A DNA stretch of 64,000 nt from the human T2T-CHM13v2.0 reference genome, Homo sapiens, in NCBI RefSeq assembly GCF_009914755.1, contig NC_060938.1. One strand, written 5' to 3'. Within the stretch, counting starts at the first letter, position 1; every line of letters begins with the position of its first letter. The notes beneath the pieces were generated by a model. It did no database searches. It saw only the letters and a program-made list of their open reading frames with translations, and was not told the origin of the DNA. This document shows positions 47,970 through 62,911 of the stretch, in pieces. Position numbers and translations under genes: made by a program.

Positions 47970-50900
47970 GCTCGAAAAATGTTTGCTTATTTTGGTAAAA
48001 TTATTCATTGACTATGCTCAGAAATCAAGCAAACTGTCCATATTTCATTTTTTGAAATTACATATTAAGGATCTAAAACAAAGGATAAAATATCTGCAAA
48101 AATATTTGCATTTCTGGATAAATTAGTTTCCTGATTTAACTCCTTGTTGACACTGAATCTATTTTAAATTAAACAAGGTGCTGATAAGACAAAAGACAAA
48201 GAAAGAAATTCAAAATAAAATTGAAAGATGAAATCAGAGCTTACCAGAGATAAAATTTCCTCTGACAGTGTAAAAGAGATCTTCATACAAAAATCAGAAT
48301 TTATATAGTCTCTTTCCAAAAGACCATAAAACCAATCAGTTAATAGTTGATTTTTATGTGAAAAAAGAGACTGTAAAAGAAAAAATAATGACACCAAAAT
48401 CCCTTTTAAATTCAAAGAGTCATAAAGTTTCAAAAAATGTAATTCAGATAAGAAATTAATGTCAGCTACATTCTTCCACAGTAAAGGTTTGCATCAACTT
48501 TTCAACTAATAGCTTTAGCATTCATTAGAAAACTTGTTTCAACCATTATTTTACTAGGTGTTATAACAGGGTACTACATTCTTTCATTTTTTTCTTCATT
48601 TATTAGCTGGAATAATTTCTAAAAGAACATTTCCTCCCAAATGTGTATTGATTACACCAAAACACAGTTTGGACAGGAAAAACAAGATAAGTAGACAAAT
48701 GCTTGATTTTTATACCCCTCCCCACTTTTCACAGTAATGAATTAGTGCTTCAGCAAACTTTAATAGTGATTAAAAACTTATTTCCCATAATAAAAATTTT
48801 AAGTTTTTGTAAGTAAATGATAAATAATAATTTATCCAGTATTTCATGAGTACCTATAACCAGCCAGGATCCATTCTCCAACAATGTGGGGAAAGGAGCC
48901 CAGTTTAAAATTCCTGTCAGGATACCAGCAAGATGATGAAATAGAAAGCCTCAAAGCCCCTCCACCCTCCTCTCCAAGGAGACACCAGCTCGATAATAAT
49001 ACACAGATAAATCCCCTTCGTGAAAAGTTCAGAGGAGAATTTAAAGACTCTGGATTCCCTGGTAGGCTTCAAGCCAGGCACATCAAAACCAGCAGGTAAA
49101 TTTGTTGCACTCACTCATCCTCCCTCAGCAGTACAACGCAATGGAGAGAAAGCTCCAAACTCCCAGCTCATCTCTAGGGAGAGAAAGAAAAGTCTAGACC
49201 ATACGTCCAACATTTTGACTTTTTGGGAGGGCACTAGCACCTATCTACCCTGAATCTAAGTGCTAACAGGAAAGGATGCCAGATTGCATGCCTGCTGATA
49301 AAGCCACAGTTTGGACTGTCACTCAATCACCATCGTTCCTCCGGTGACTCAGTATAACAAGTTTGGGAGAATACTCTACAGTTCCTGATTCCCCCACAGA
49401 AGTGAAAGAGAATACTGCAACACACATTCAGTGTTCAGACTTCAGGGGAGTTGCCAAGTGATTGTTTTCTGTCTTGCCTGAATTTAAGCATTAACAGGAA
49501 AGCTTTCCAGGTTGGGGATATTAAGAATAAATGAGTTGAGGAAGTTTGGGTTAGCATACATTCACTTATCATATCATCCTTCCCTGGATCAATATGCAAT
49601 GAGTGGGACAAAACCCTCAACTCCTGGCTTCCCCTTGGAGAAGGAAAAAGCTGGAGTGTGCATCCAGAATTTCAACTTTTCCCAGTCAGCCTGATGGACT
49701 GTTTTCTGTCTGACCGGATACTCTTCATGTCTGAGGACTGCTGAGAACAAAAGAGAGCTAGGGGGTTATAGCAACTCCAGATAACCTACAGTACTACAGA
49801 TAGATAACAAAGAGAGCAAGAGATTACATGCTCCTGAAGAAAGACCTGCAAATTTTTCTCAGAATTTACACACAATTTCAGAGACAATACATTCACAGAA
49901 AGATTTGACACACTTCAGAATCTCTAACTGGGCTGACTGGTGAAAGGATTTCCCAGTGCAAAACCAGTCTGTAAAGACAAGGAGAAGTGGTTATTTTTTT
50001 CAAATCCTAGAATAACAACACAAAATTAAAAGGCACACAAGGAAACAGGGAAACATGGCCTAATAAAAAGAAGAAAATAAGTTTCCAAATATCAACCCTT
50101 CAAAAATGGAGGTATATAAATTATCTGGCAAAGTGACATATCCTGACACATTCTCCAGGATAGATCAAATGTTAGGTCACAAAGCGAGTCTTAACAAAAT
50201 TAAGACAAAGGAAATCAAGAACCTGTTTTGACCAAAAGTAGGATGAAGCAAAAATTCAATAGTAGAAGGAAAACAGAAACATTTACAAATATATGGAAAT
50301 TAAACAACATACTATTGAACAACCAATGAGTCAAAGAAGAAATCAAAAAGAATATTAGAAAAGAAGCTGACAAAAAAATAAAAAAACACAACATAGCAAA
50401 ACTTAGAAATGCAGCAAAGGCAGTACTAAAGAGGGAAATTTATAGCAATAAATGCCTACCTTAAAAAAGAAGAAAGATCTCAAATAAACAACCTAACTTT
50501 ACAACTCAAGGAACTAAAAAAAAGAACCAAGCCCAAACCCAGCAAAAGGAAGGAAATAATAAAAATTAAGCAAATAAAGGATATTTTCACACACATATTT
50601 TCATTATAACCAGAAAGTAGAACCAATGCAAGTGAATAGATTAAAAAAAAACTGTGGTATTACTATACAATGGAATATGGCAATTAAAAAGAGAAAAGAC
50701 TCAACCAAATAAAATTAAAAATGAAAAAGTAGACATTGCAATTGATGCCACAGAAATAAAAAAGATTATTAGAGACTGCTGTGAATTATTATGGTAATAA
50801 TTGGATAACCTAGAAAAAAACAAATTACTGGAAATATACAACAAACAACACTGAATCAAAAAGAAATACAAAATATGAACAAATCTATAGCTAGTAAGGT

Positions 50901-52218
50901 GTTTAAATTAGTAATCAAAAATCTTCCAACAAAGAAAATCTCAGGTGCAGATGACTTTACTAGAGAATTCTGCCAACATTTAAGGAAGAATTAATGCCAA
51001 TATTTCTCAAACATTCCTAAAAAGTTAAAGAAGAAAGAACTATTCTAAACTCTTTTTGTGAAGCTAGTATAACCCTAATATCAAAGCCAGACAATGGTGC
51101 TACAAGAAAAAAAATTAAATATTCCTAATGAATGTAGATGCAAAATCCTCAACAAATACCAGTAAATTGAATTCAACAGCACTATAAAGTATCATCCACC
51201 ATAATTATGATGGATTTGTTCCTGGAATGCAAGAAGGGTTCAACATGTGCAAATCAATATAATATGCCACATTAACAAAATAACTCAAATAACGTGTTCA
51301 TCTCCGTAGATGGAGAAAGATCATTTGATGAAATTCAACATTCTCTCGTTAGAAAAACACTTGAAAAAATAGGAATAGAAAGAAATTATTCCAACAGAAT
51401 AAAGGCCATATGTAAAAACCCACATTTCACACCATATTAATGAAGAAAAACTGAAATCTCTTCTTCTAAGATCAGGATCAGGAACAAGGCAAGGACGCCT
51501 TTATGAAGTACATAAAGTCCTAGCTAAAATAATTCAGCAAGAAAAAGATATAAAGGCATCCAAATTGGAAAGGAAGAAGTAAGTAAAATTTTTTCTATTC
51601 CCAGAAAACATCATCTTATATATTAAAAAAACCCTAAAGATTCAACAAAAAGCTCTTGGAACTAATAAAATTAATTCAGCAAAGTTGCAGGATTCAAAGT
51701 AAAGATTCAAAAAAACACAAACAGCAAACATTCTGAAAAGGAAATTAAGAAAACAATCCATTTGCAATGGCATCAAACTGAATAAAATACTTTGGAATAA
51801 ACTTAGCCGGTGGGGGAAAGACTTGTACACTGAATACTGCAAAATATTGCTGAAAGAAATTAAGGAAGACACAAATAAATGGAAAGCCATCTCATTTTTG
51901 TGAATTCAAAGAATATTTTTAAATTCTAATACTAGCCAAAGAAATTTACAGATTTGATGTAATCCCTTGGAATTGTATAAATTCCAATGATAATTTTAGA
52001 GAAATAGAAAGGACAATTCTAAAATCCATATGGAACCACAACGGACCCTGAATATCCAAAACAATCCTAAGAAAGAGAAACAGTTAGAGGCCTCACATTT
52101 TCTGACTTTGAAATATACTACAAAGCTACAGCAATCGCAATAGTGTGATATTAATGTAAAACTAATCATATAGATGAATGGAACAGAATGGATTATTGGA
52201 ACAGAATAGAAAGCCCAC

Positions 52219-52651
<433 letters not shown>

Positions 52652-53565
52652 CTATACAATGGAGAAAGGATAATTTCTTCAACAAATATTGTTGGGAAAA
52701 CTGGATATCCATATGCAAAAGAATGAAAGTGAACCGTTATCTTAAAACTGTTCACAAATGTTAACTCCAAATGGATTGAAGACTTAAATGTAAGAACTAA
52801 AGCTGTAAAACTACAAGAAAACATAAAGAAAGGCTTTATCACATTGGTCGTGGCAATAATTCCTTGGATTTGATACCAAAAGCACAGGCAACAAAAGCAA
52901 AAATAGGTTAGGGTGATTACATCAAGATAAAATGCTTCTGTGCAAAAAAGGAAACAACAGAGTGAACAGGCAGCCTATAGAATTGGAGAAAATATTTGAA
53001 AACCGTATATGTGCTAAGGGCTTAATATCCAAAATATATAAGAAACACCTAGAACTCAAAAGCAAATAAACACATAACCCAATTTTAAAATGGCCAAATT
53101 CTTAAATAGATATTTTTCAGGAAGACATGCAAATGACCAACAGGGATATAAAAAGATACTCAACATCATTAATCATCAGGGAAATGCTAATTAAAATCAC
53201 AACGGGATTTATCACCTCATAACTGTATGACCATTTTAAAAAAAAGAAAATAGCAAGTGTTGATGAAGATGTGGAGAAATTGAATTAGAACCTTATGTAC
53301 TGTCAGTAGGAATGTAAAATGGTAGAGCCACTATGGAAAACAGTATGGAGGGTCCTCAAAACATTAAAAAATAGACCTACCATATGATGCAGCAATCCCA
53401 CTTGTGGGCATTTTTCCAAAATAATTGAATAATTCCAAAATAATTGAAAACAAGATCTTGAAGTGATATTTGCATTCCCATATTCATTACAGAATTATTC
53501 ACAATAGCCAAAAAGTAGAAACAATCTAAAAGTCCATCATCAAATGAACAGATGAAGAAAATATG

Positions 53566-53572
53566 GTATATA

Positions 53573-53607
<35 letters not shown>

Positions 53608-53735
53608 GTATGGTATATATATGTATGGTATATATATGTATGGTGTATATATATATGTATGATAAATATAGTATGGCATATATATGTATGGTGTATATAT
53701 ATGGTATATTTATGTGTATATATACATACACACAC
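53566..53735. repeat. (TG)n(TA)n/(TATATGTATGG)n simple repeat within the L1
   Basis: Read directly. Confidence 0.9.
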
Positions 53736-54129
53736 AGAATGGAATATTAGTAAGCCTTCAAAAGGAAAATTCTGTCTTATTTCAACATGTATCAATCTTA
53801 AGGATATTGTGCTAAGTGAAATAAGCCAGACACAAACACAAATATATCGTGATTCCATTTATATGATGTATTGAAAGTAGCCAAACACATGGAAACACAA
53901 GATAAAATGGTAGTTGTCAGGGCCTGGAGGAAACAGGAAATCTGGAGTTGCTGTTCACCAGGTGTAGAGTTTCAGTCAAGCAAGATAAAAACATTCTAGA
54001 TTTCTGCTGTACAACAATGTGTATATCATTAACAAAATGTTCTGCAAACTTAAAATTTTGTTAAGATGGTAGATTTTTTTGTTATGTGTTTTTTAATTAC
54101 AAAAATTTCTGTCTGTATTTAGTTTACAT

Positions 54130-54700
54130 TTTAGTAAGGAAAGACAAATAAGCTAATAAATGGTAATGATAAATGCTGTAAGGATATCTAGAGCAATAAA
54201 AGAAGTTATGGATATGGGAGTATAATTTTAGATAGTGAAGATTTCTGTATTCAAATGCCACATGGAAAAAGGACTAAGGGGAATGAGGAGATGAGTCATA
54301 TGGAATGCCCAAGACACAGAAAAAGGCAGGCAGAGAAAATAACAAGGATAAAGACACTGAAGTAAAATCATGCTTTCTATATTTCAAAACAGCAGCAAGT
54401 ACACTACTGTGATAGAGCAGGAGTGACCAATGGGAGGCTGGAGATTTTGTCAGAGATATTGTCAAGGCTCAGGATCGTACAGGGACTTGTAAGCCTGGAA
54501 AGCACTTTGAATTTTATTCAGAATGAGATGAGAAGCCATTGAAAAGTTTTTAAGCAGATGAGTAAAATAATCCACCTTGTATTTTAAGAGGAGCATTCTA
54601 CCTTCTCTGTGGAATAGAGAGGTGGAAGGGAAAGCTTGAAGCAGAGAGAGCAGTGAAGAGTGTACTGTAATATTCTTATGTGAGAAATAGTGGAGGGAAT
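54130..54700 (-). mobile_element. L2 fragment
   Basis: GGACTTGTAAGCC...CTTTGAATTTTATTC...GAGAAGCCATTGAAAAGTTTTAAGCAG. Confidence 0.75.
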
Positions 54701-54930
54701 GAGAGGTGGTCAGCCTTAAACTGCCATTTGCTCTCTGTATCAGGGCTCAGGGACTTTCAGACTCTCCAGGGATTCCTTACAGTTTTTACATTCGTTTCTC
54801 AGTTGCAAACATAATCTCTTCACTCTATGAGAACTCTAGATCTGAATCCTTGTTATGAGTCAGGAGTCCTCTCTAGTTTACTCTCTTGTCAGTAACTAGA
54901 CTTGAAATGTTTTGATATTAATTGATATAG

Positions 54931-56080
54931 TAATAAGATTGGTTAGAGAAATAGCAAAGAGAGAGCATCCCCATCCTATGACCATATCAGCACCAGAAGA
55001 GAAAAACACATCTACACAGTTTTTCCCTTGGCATAGGTCCTGGTATTCTGTTAGGGAACAGGTTATGAAGGAAATACAAAGGGTCTTTGTACTTACTTTC
55101 AGAATGTATTTTCTTTAACATGAAAAGAATCCAAGGCCTTTTTGCTTCTAATTGCTTTTTGTGTATCTACTACCATCCCTTGCTAAATTATTGATAGGTT
55201 TCCTCAAATCTCGGCATGATGTCCTACATTCTAAATTTTCAATAGCTGAAAATTTCACCTTTTCAGTGCCTTCAAGTTTATCTCAGTAAAAAGTTGAGAA
55301 AGACTGTAATAGAGTTATTTAATCAGATTTTTTTCATCTACCATAATTTTTGAATAAGGAAAAACAGCAATACTTTTTCTCCTTACTTGGCAACTAATTT
55401 TCATAGAGAGGAAAAAAACAATCAAAACAGGTACAAAATGTAACAAAACCAAAGGACCATGTGAGGTGAAATTTAAAATGAGAAAAATGTCCACAGTACT
55501 TTGGGCAATGCAACTCCTGGGAAATAGTAACTCAGCACCTGAGAGCTAAATAATTCTACAGGACTAAATATATATTCTGGTACTCAAGGGGAAAATGACA
55601 TCATATAGAGTTTAGGTCTATTAAAACATATTTGTAGATGTGTAGGTATGAAAAATGCTTTTAGAGATGGGAAGAGAAAAAAACTCATTTGTTTAACAAG
55701 TTCTGATGGGTGCTTTTCACTAAAAGAGAAACATCATATGTTTATAACACTCAGGATGTAAATTGCGGTACATTTCAAATTACATGAGAAACTAAAGAAA
55801 ATATCTGTTTCGGGTCACTGAATAATTCATTCTTATTTAGTGTTTGTCCCTAATTTCTGTGATTTTATGAATAATTCAGAGCAATGATTTTACCTTTCTC
55901 TACAGCTGTATTTGGTAAATGTCCACATTATTTTTGTTGCAAAGATGCAGCCAAGTTTCTTAGAATAGGAACAATGTTTAGAATGTATTTTTTCCATAAT
56001 GAAAAATATTATGAAAGGGGAAACTAAGATATAGCTTACAGGGTTCTCTATTGTGATAACTAAAACATACTTAGCCTCAA
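54931..56080 (+). pseudogene. Candidate exons R-9 (54931-~55082) and R-10 (55906-~56080)
   Basis: R-9: gatatag|IRLVREIAKREHPHPMTISAPEEKNTSTQFFPWHRSWYSVREQVMKEIQR, open. R-10: tacctttctctacag|VFGKCPHYFCCKDAAKFLRIGTMFRMYFFHNEKYYERGN*DIAYRVLYCDN*. Confidence 0.35.
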
Positions 56081-56228
56081 GTAAAACTGACATCTTGCTA
56101 ACTGTTGGTGGTGAAGGAGAAAGAAGACAACACTGAACCAGACTGGGGAAAGATGAATTCAAATTAGTTAGAGATTTGTCACCCAAAGCAAAACAAATTC
56201 AAGCTTGAACTGAGTTGACATTGGTAGT

Positions 56229-56578
56229 TATTATGGACTGCAAATCCCTCAAATTCATATGATGAAATCCTAACTCTCAATGTATTGGTATTAGGAGGTA
56301 AACCTTTGGGAGGTAATTAGGTCATGAAGATGAAACCCTCACCAAAGGAAAGTAGTGCCCTTCTAGAAAGAGATACAAGAGAGATTTTTCTCTCCTCCAT
56401 GTGAGGATAAAATAAGACAGCCATCTGTAAACCAGGAAGACAGCCTTCACCAAGAACCCAACCATGCTGACTCCCTGATTTCAGATTTACAGCCTACGGA
56501 TCTGTGAAAAACAAATGTTTATTGTTTTACTCGCTCAATCTGTGTTTTCCGTTATAGCAGCCCACATTGACTAAGAAA
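56229..56578 (+). mobile_element. MLT1A-type MaLR LTR
   Basis: AAATTCATATGATGAAATCCTAAC...GGTATTAGGAGG...GCCATCTGTAAACCAGGAAG...GTTATAGCAGCCC. Confidence 0.85.
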
Positions 56579-57137
56579 ATACTAAACCCTTTATTTGATA
56601 GATAAAGATAGTATCAGACAAGGTATCATATGAGTAAAAACCTAAGATTTATGTGTGATCATTTTACATTGGAGCAGCTACTGAAACTTGAGACCAAAAC
56701 CACTAGCTAACATCAGTATGTCAACCCAAAACATTTGGGACAGTAATGAAGATACAGCAAATGAATTGTTTTAATATATAATCAAGGCAAAGTTATCCTC
56801 AGAATTATAGGAAAAAATCCACTAAATTTGGCTTATGAGAAATGCATGGTTCATTGTATACCTTGATACTGGGCTTAAAGCAGCAATCCTAATTCCAGAT
56901 CTACCTTCAAGTCTGGGTCAGTGTTCTCAAATGCTGCCAGTTTCATGTCAGGACCAGCTTAATATTGAAGGTAACTGAGCATTGCTAATGTCTGACTGGA
57001 GCTGAAAGAGGCCAAAAGCAGGGTTATAACTTTGGGAAAACTGACCTGGTGTTAACTTCCATGCCTTCCATTTCAAACGGGAAGGTATCACAATTAGAAG
57101 CTATTAACAGTCTTATCTAATAAATTGTGGATAATTT

Positions 57138-58655
57138 CTTTTTTTTTTTTCTTTTTTTTTAAGAGTCAGGGTCTCACTCTGTCACCTAGGCTGGAGTGCA
57201 GTTGTGCAATTGTTACGGAATCTTTGGGGTGTCGATTTTCTGGTTTGGAAACTGTGGTTGGTGGCATCTTTGCCCGAGTTCTTGTCCTGCTTCCAGGAAA
57301 AATGGTGTAGGTAGACAAGTGAAGGGTTAAAGGAGAGGAGCTTTATTAAGTGTTAGAACAGCTCAGAGGAGACCCATAGTGGGTAGCTCCTCCCTAGGTT
57401 GTTCTGTCAAGTGTTCAGCTCTCAGGAGAAAGGGAAACCCTGGAGAGGGTTGCTCCTGTCTGCAGCTGGTAGTTCCCAGACATCTCTGCAGGTCTCTGAA
57501 GCATTCAGCAGAGAAAACAGCTGGCCCTCCCATTGTCTCCAGCTATCAGCAGAAAGGATAGCTCCTTCCTGCCTCTATTCTTCCCTCCTCTGCCCTCTGC
57601 CCTGTTCTGGCTGAGTCCTGGGCTTTTATGGATGTCAGAGGGGAGGAAATGTATGCCCATTGGTCCATGGGCAGCCATGGGCGGGCCCAGGAAAAACACC
57701 ATGAGTTTTGCCTCCAGTCTGCAGGACTGGCAGCCTAGCCTGCAGGTGGGGCTTCACTGGGGACCCATCACCTTCCACCCAGGAGCCTGTCTGCCTCCCA
57801 CAACCATCCATGGCACCCAGGCTGCTGGCATCAAGGGGCACTTGCAGGCCAGTGCCAAGCCACCCTCGGACCCCCTCATCTTCCCCTCCCATGCTCCTGC
57901 TTCTCAGTGTCCAAAGTCCAGAAGGGACTGAGGTGGCAGGGGACTGGCATGTCGGCACTGCTTCCAATTTGTGCACACCTGGCTGGGCAGTGACAGCACC
58001 CTGCTGGGTCCCAACCCCACTCTGAGATCAGAGCACAGAGCCAGGAGGTGGGAGAGACCAGGCAGCAGGAAGAGGTGCCTCCAAGCCTGCAAGGGGCAAG
58101 GGGGGCGTTCCCAGGCTCCCCAAGAGTGCAGGGATGCCTGAGTCTGCAGCATTGGTTTGGGTGGCTGGGTGGTGGGCTGGGGTGGGGACAGAGTAGGGGA
58201 GTTGGATAAACTCCCATCTGCTCCATGGAGTGGGAGGTCCAGGTCTACAGCTACAGCTGCAGTTTGGGCAGCTGCAGCAGCACCCAGGGAGCTCCCATTC
58301 CAACTCGGAAGGGCAGGGCTCCCACTTGTCCTCATCCTGCCAAATCCAGGGAGCATACAACCCCGGCCACACCTCTCCCCTGCAGCTGGCATGATGGCAG
58401 CAGCCACTGCCATCACAATCACAACCTATTGTAGCCTCAAACTCCTGGGCCCAAGTGATCTTTTTACCTCAGTCTCCCCAATGGCTGGGGCCACAGGCAT
58501 GTGCCATAATGCCCATCTAATTGTTTTTTTATTTTTGTAGAGAAGGTGGTCTGGCTATATTGCCCAGGTTAATCTCTAATTCCTGGATTTAAGCACTCTT
58601 CCTGCCTCATCCTCCTACATGGCTGGGATTACAGGCATGAGCGACTGTGCCCAGC
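57138..58655 (-). mobile_element. AluJ split by an LTR insertion (57138-57210 and 58416-58655)
   Basis: The Alu reads continuously ...GGAGTGCAGTTGTGCAAT|CACAACCTATTGTAGCCTCAAACTCCTGGGC once the LTR is removed. Confidence 0.9.
57211..58415 (-). mobile_element. MER52-family (ERV1) solo LTR
   Basis: TGTTACGGAATCTTTGGGGTGTCG...GCCACTGCCATCA, GC-rich, with a perfect 4-bp TSD CAAT. Confidence 0.85.
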
Positions 58656-59198
58656 TCCTGATAAATCCTTTCTTAATCAAAGTCTTCATCAGCAGCCTTA
58701 CTTACCACAATCTTCCCAGATGATCTCAAGTATCCAAGGAAACTAAAAGTAGCTACTGCTGACAAAACTGTTGGGTTCCCTGATATTGTGCAAGAATAAA
58801 ATGATGCTAGGTCTTCTGTTAGCTAGCTCTTCTTCTGTAACAGTCTCTTCCTATGTATTAATCAAAACTGATGCAACTTTTTAAAGAACTATTCCTAGAA
58901 ACTTTCTCCCTTCCCCGTCAGAATTAATGTATTATTTATCCATTTAAAGGACTATATAAGTAGGACATGCTTTGGGTATATAACAGCACTTACGGCCATT
59001 TACTTTGTGGTTCAGTGATTTCTGTGTGCTTCTGACTTGTATATACTTTCAGCCCTTGTAGATGTAGTGGTGGTAGTTTTCCCAACTTAAATTTATCTTT
59101 ATCATCCACCTTTATCCACAGTCCTCCTCATGATTAGCACATTGTCAATAAATATTTACTAAGCTGAACTGAAAGTTTTTATTATGCATAAATACTAA

Positions 59199-59546
59199 GA
59201 TGTCCATGTCCATGGTCATGCAGGACAGCAGAAGATAATTTTTTTTACCAGTGTATCTATTGCTAACAATTGCTTCAAGGTCAGGAGCCAACTCATGTAT
59301 TAGACATGTAAATCTTGTGAAAATATTCGTATTGGAAACAGCATGTAGCAAGTGCAAACAGAACTAAATAAATCCTTTAATTTATCACAGCCCCTTCGAA
59401 GTATGAATTCTTCTTCTAGCATTACATCAAATTTGATAAAATCCAAAAATATTTTATCTCAATGTTTTAAAAGTGTTGATGCTGTGTACATTGAGTTATT
59501 GTACAATTGGATGGAACCCACATTCAAAGTTTTTCCTCAATGTTAA
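59199..59546 (+). pseudogene. Candidate decayed coding exon R-11
   Basis: About 115 codons of AT-rich unique DNA with only two internal TAG: DVHVHGHAGQQKIIFFTSVSIANNCFKVRSQLMY*TCKSCENIRIGNSM*QVQTELNKSF...VDAVYIELLYNWMEPTFKVFPQC*. Confidence 0.45.
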
Positions 59547-59704
59547 AATTAAATGGTTCTCTCTGTGATTCCTTCTGTTTGCAGTTCTTCTCATTTCATT
59601 GTTAGAATTTACCTCTACAAATGTAATTCATTTGGCATTGCAGACGTTCTGATCTTTTCAAATGTGTATTTTGACAGGTGCCTCATACATTCATCCTTGG
59701 TTTG

Positions 59705-60383
<679 letters not shown>

Positions 60384-62199
60384 GGTTGTAAACACTTGAA
60401 AAATGAGTATCTGTATTGAATCGCATATTTTAGCCGTAGTTTGCTTGTAGGAGTACAGCCTATGGCCAAAGAATTAATAGCTGACTCTCATTTGAATGGC
60501 CAAGATTTGCTCTCTATTTCCAGTATTTTATTTTTGTGCCTGTATGTTGGATACAGGCAAATTTTTACACAATAAACCAGAAAAGTTCAATAGTCTTTCA
60601 TTCTCTGCTTTCACTAACTTCTTTTAAGTATATTTCAACAATTATCTTAATATTAGCACCAGTAGATTAAGCATACTGTTATAAACACTCTATTTATTCA
60701 AAGCTTGAATTGAGCTAGCTGCTAATAACATTTTTTTAATTAGCATTGCAACCATATTCACCTACCATATTTTTCCCTCTCCTTTGATTTCTGGGCCATT
60801 ACTCACTTTCACAATTTGTATGTGACTCACCATTCTGTACCTACTTTTGCCTTACCTTAAAATATTTTTTGATTTAATACATTTACATTTTTTCTCCTTT
60901 TGCTTTTGGAATTGTATTACTATCACGGGGGGTTTTCTTTTCCTTTTTCAAGAGTTTCTCAAAATTTTTGACCAAAGCCCTATCCTCTGAAGTGAGTAAT
61001 ATTCTTCACTATATTACCGCATCACATGTTTACATCAGGCTAAAGTAAGAAACACTACTCGTGTTCTGTAGCTAATTGATAATTGTTAAAATAAACTTAA
61101 CAATTGATAACAAATTATAGAAAATGATTATTTTAATGTTCTTTATACTTGTAATCTTTGTAAATAATATGAGTTATCACCTCTTTCTGTAGCTAATTGT
61201 ATAGGGAGCACACCCAGTTAGTGGCATATTTCTTAACACATTTCTGATATCAAGAATAACAAATACAATGCAGTGGGGAGTGGAGAAAAGAAATTAAGTG
61301 TGGCTACATCTGCAAGTAACAATTGCAGCCACATTTTATCAAGGGTTAAACAATCGTCAATGAGCTATACACATTGTTTGTCACCAGAATAACTGAATCA
61401 AGAGGTTCCAACTCATTGTTTCATTCCCATATACCTGAACATCTGGGACATGAAGAAATAGTGTGTATGTGTTAATAGGCAAAGCTGTAGTAATGACTTC
61501 TACATATTGGAAGCAGTTATCTATTTTCCTGTTACTAATTTTTACACAAAAATACCTCAGATGAATATTGACAGAAACTCAGAAAGAAGTATGGCATAAA
61601 CTAATACGAAGGTAACGTAGTAATGGCAGAAAGTTACAGCTTAAAAGTTTTTACAGTGGGAAGACTATTGTAATAGTGAGAGCCATGTATAAGTTTGTTT
61701 TGAAATGATAATGTACAGCTAAAGAGTATAATGCTCAAATTTTTGTATATGAAGTTTTCGTAATTCAACAAGTAGGGTTAAGAGACAATAAGAATTACAC
61801 AGAATGTTGGATTTTATTTCACGTCTGTTCCTCTTGTCAGACATTGCCATCTTTCCCCTGTTTCGTCAGGTCTTCAGTAAGTTAACAACATTCACTCTGT
61901 GAAAAGTACCACATGATTTATTGTATAAATATAATTGGAAATACACTGTGGTTCCTCATATCCTCAAGCTTATAATTCAGTTTGGAGACTACACTATATA
62001 AATGTAGAAATGCCATAATTATGCTTATAAATTGATTTTTTAAAACATGAAAATTAATTTGGTAGAAACTGAATACATAAGTATGGGGGTGCCATATAAA
62101 ATAATGATCAATGACAGTGGGATTAATCAAAGAAAGTTTCTTGGGGAAGTGAATTCTAAACAGAATTTGGTATATTTGTTTATTTAGCACTCATTTTAT

Positions 62200-62890
62200 G
62201 TTTTCTAATTATAAATATAACGTATTCTCATATTCTGAAGGTAATAAATTTGCAAATTTTAAATTAGTAGGAAGAGTAAAAGGAACTAAGATCCCACTGT
62301 CCAAAGGTAATCATTATTCAGGTTCTGTTCTTTTCCTTCCATTTGGTTCTCTGATATTTTCTTCATGGTTGCCATTACATCACATATTCAATATTATGAC
62401 CCACTTTGTGTTTCAGTCAGTGTCTATACATACAACTTTGAATGATACAAATGTCTCATAGAAACTAAGTTTAATCAAATCAAGAAACTAAGTTTAATGC
62501 CAGTCTATATCAATGTACCGTTTCCTTCTAGCTAAATATTTAGGCTTTTCCAAATTTTGTTAACATAAATAACTCCAAAGATATTTTTGTTAACATTTTC
62601 TCTTAGTGTTACTTTCCTAAGGTAGACTTTAACAATTTACTATAACAAATTATAGAAAATGATCATTTTAAGGTTCCTTATTCTTGTACTATTTGTAAAT
62701 AATGTTATCACCTCTTTCGAATTATTTCTTCTTGATATTTTATTGCATTGATCAGAATTCTCAGAATTGTAATATAATGTTAATTATTAAATATTACATT
62801 CCTTCTCATGTTAATAGTTATTATTTTGTAAATATGATGCTATTAGCAAATTTTAGATTGGCATCCTTAATATATTATTCAGATGTTAGC
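62200..62890 (-). mobile_element. Degraded L1ME-type 3' fragment
   Basis: TTTAGGCTTTTCCAAATTTTG...AAATAACTCCAAAG antisense L1 3' phrases. Confidence 0.4.
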
Positions 62891-62911
62891 AATTGCACTT
62901 TTCCCTAAAAA

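Noticed and set aside
48020-48490. Possible additional exon of the right-block gene (VLIRQKTKKEIQNKIE...)
   Set aside because: Frame and splice sites are ambiguous, and the A-rich composition could be L1-derived. It is not supportable without an alignment.
57505-58540. Cluster of 100-170-aa ORFs
   Set aside because: They lie inside the GC-rich MER52-type LTR.
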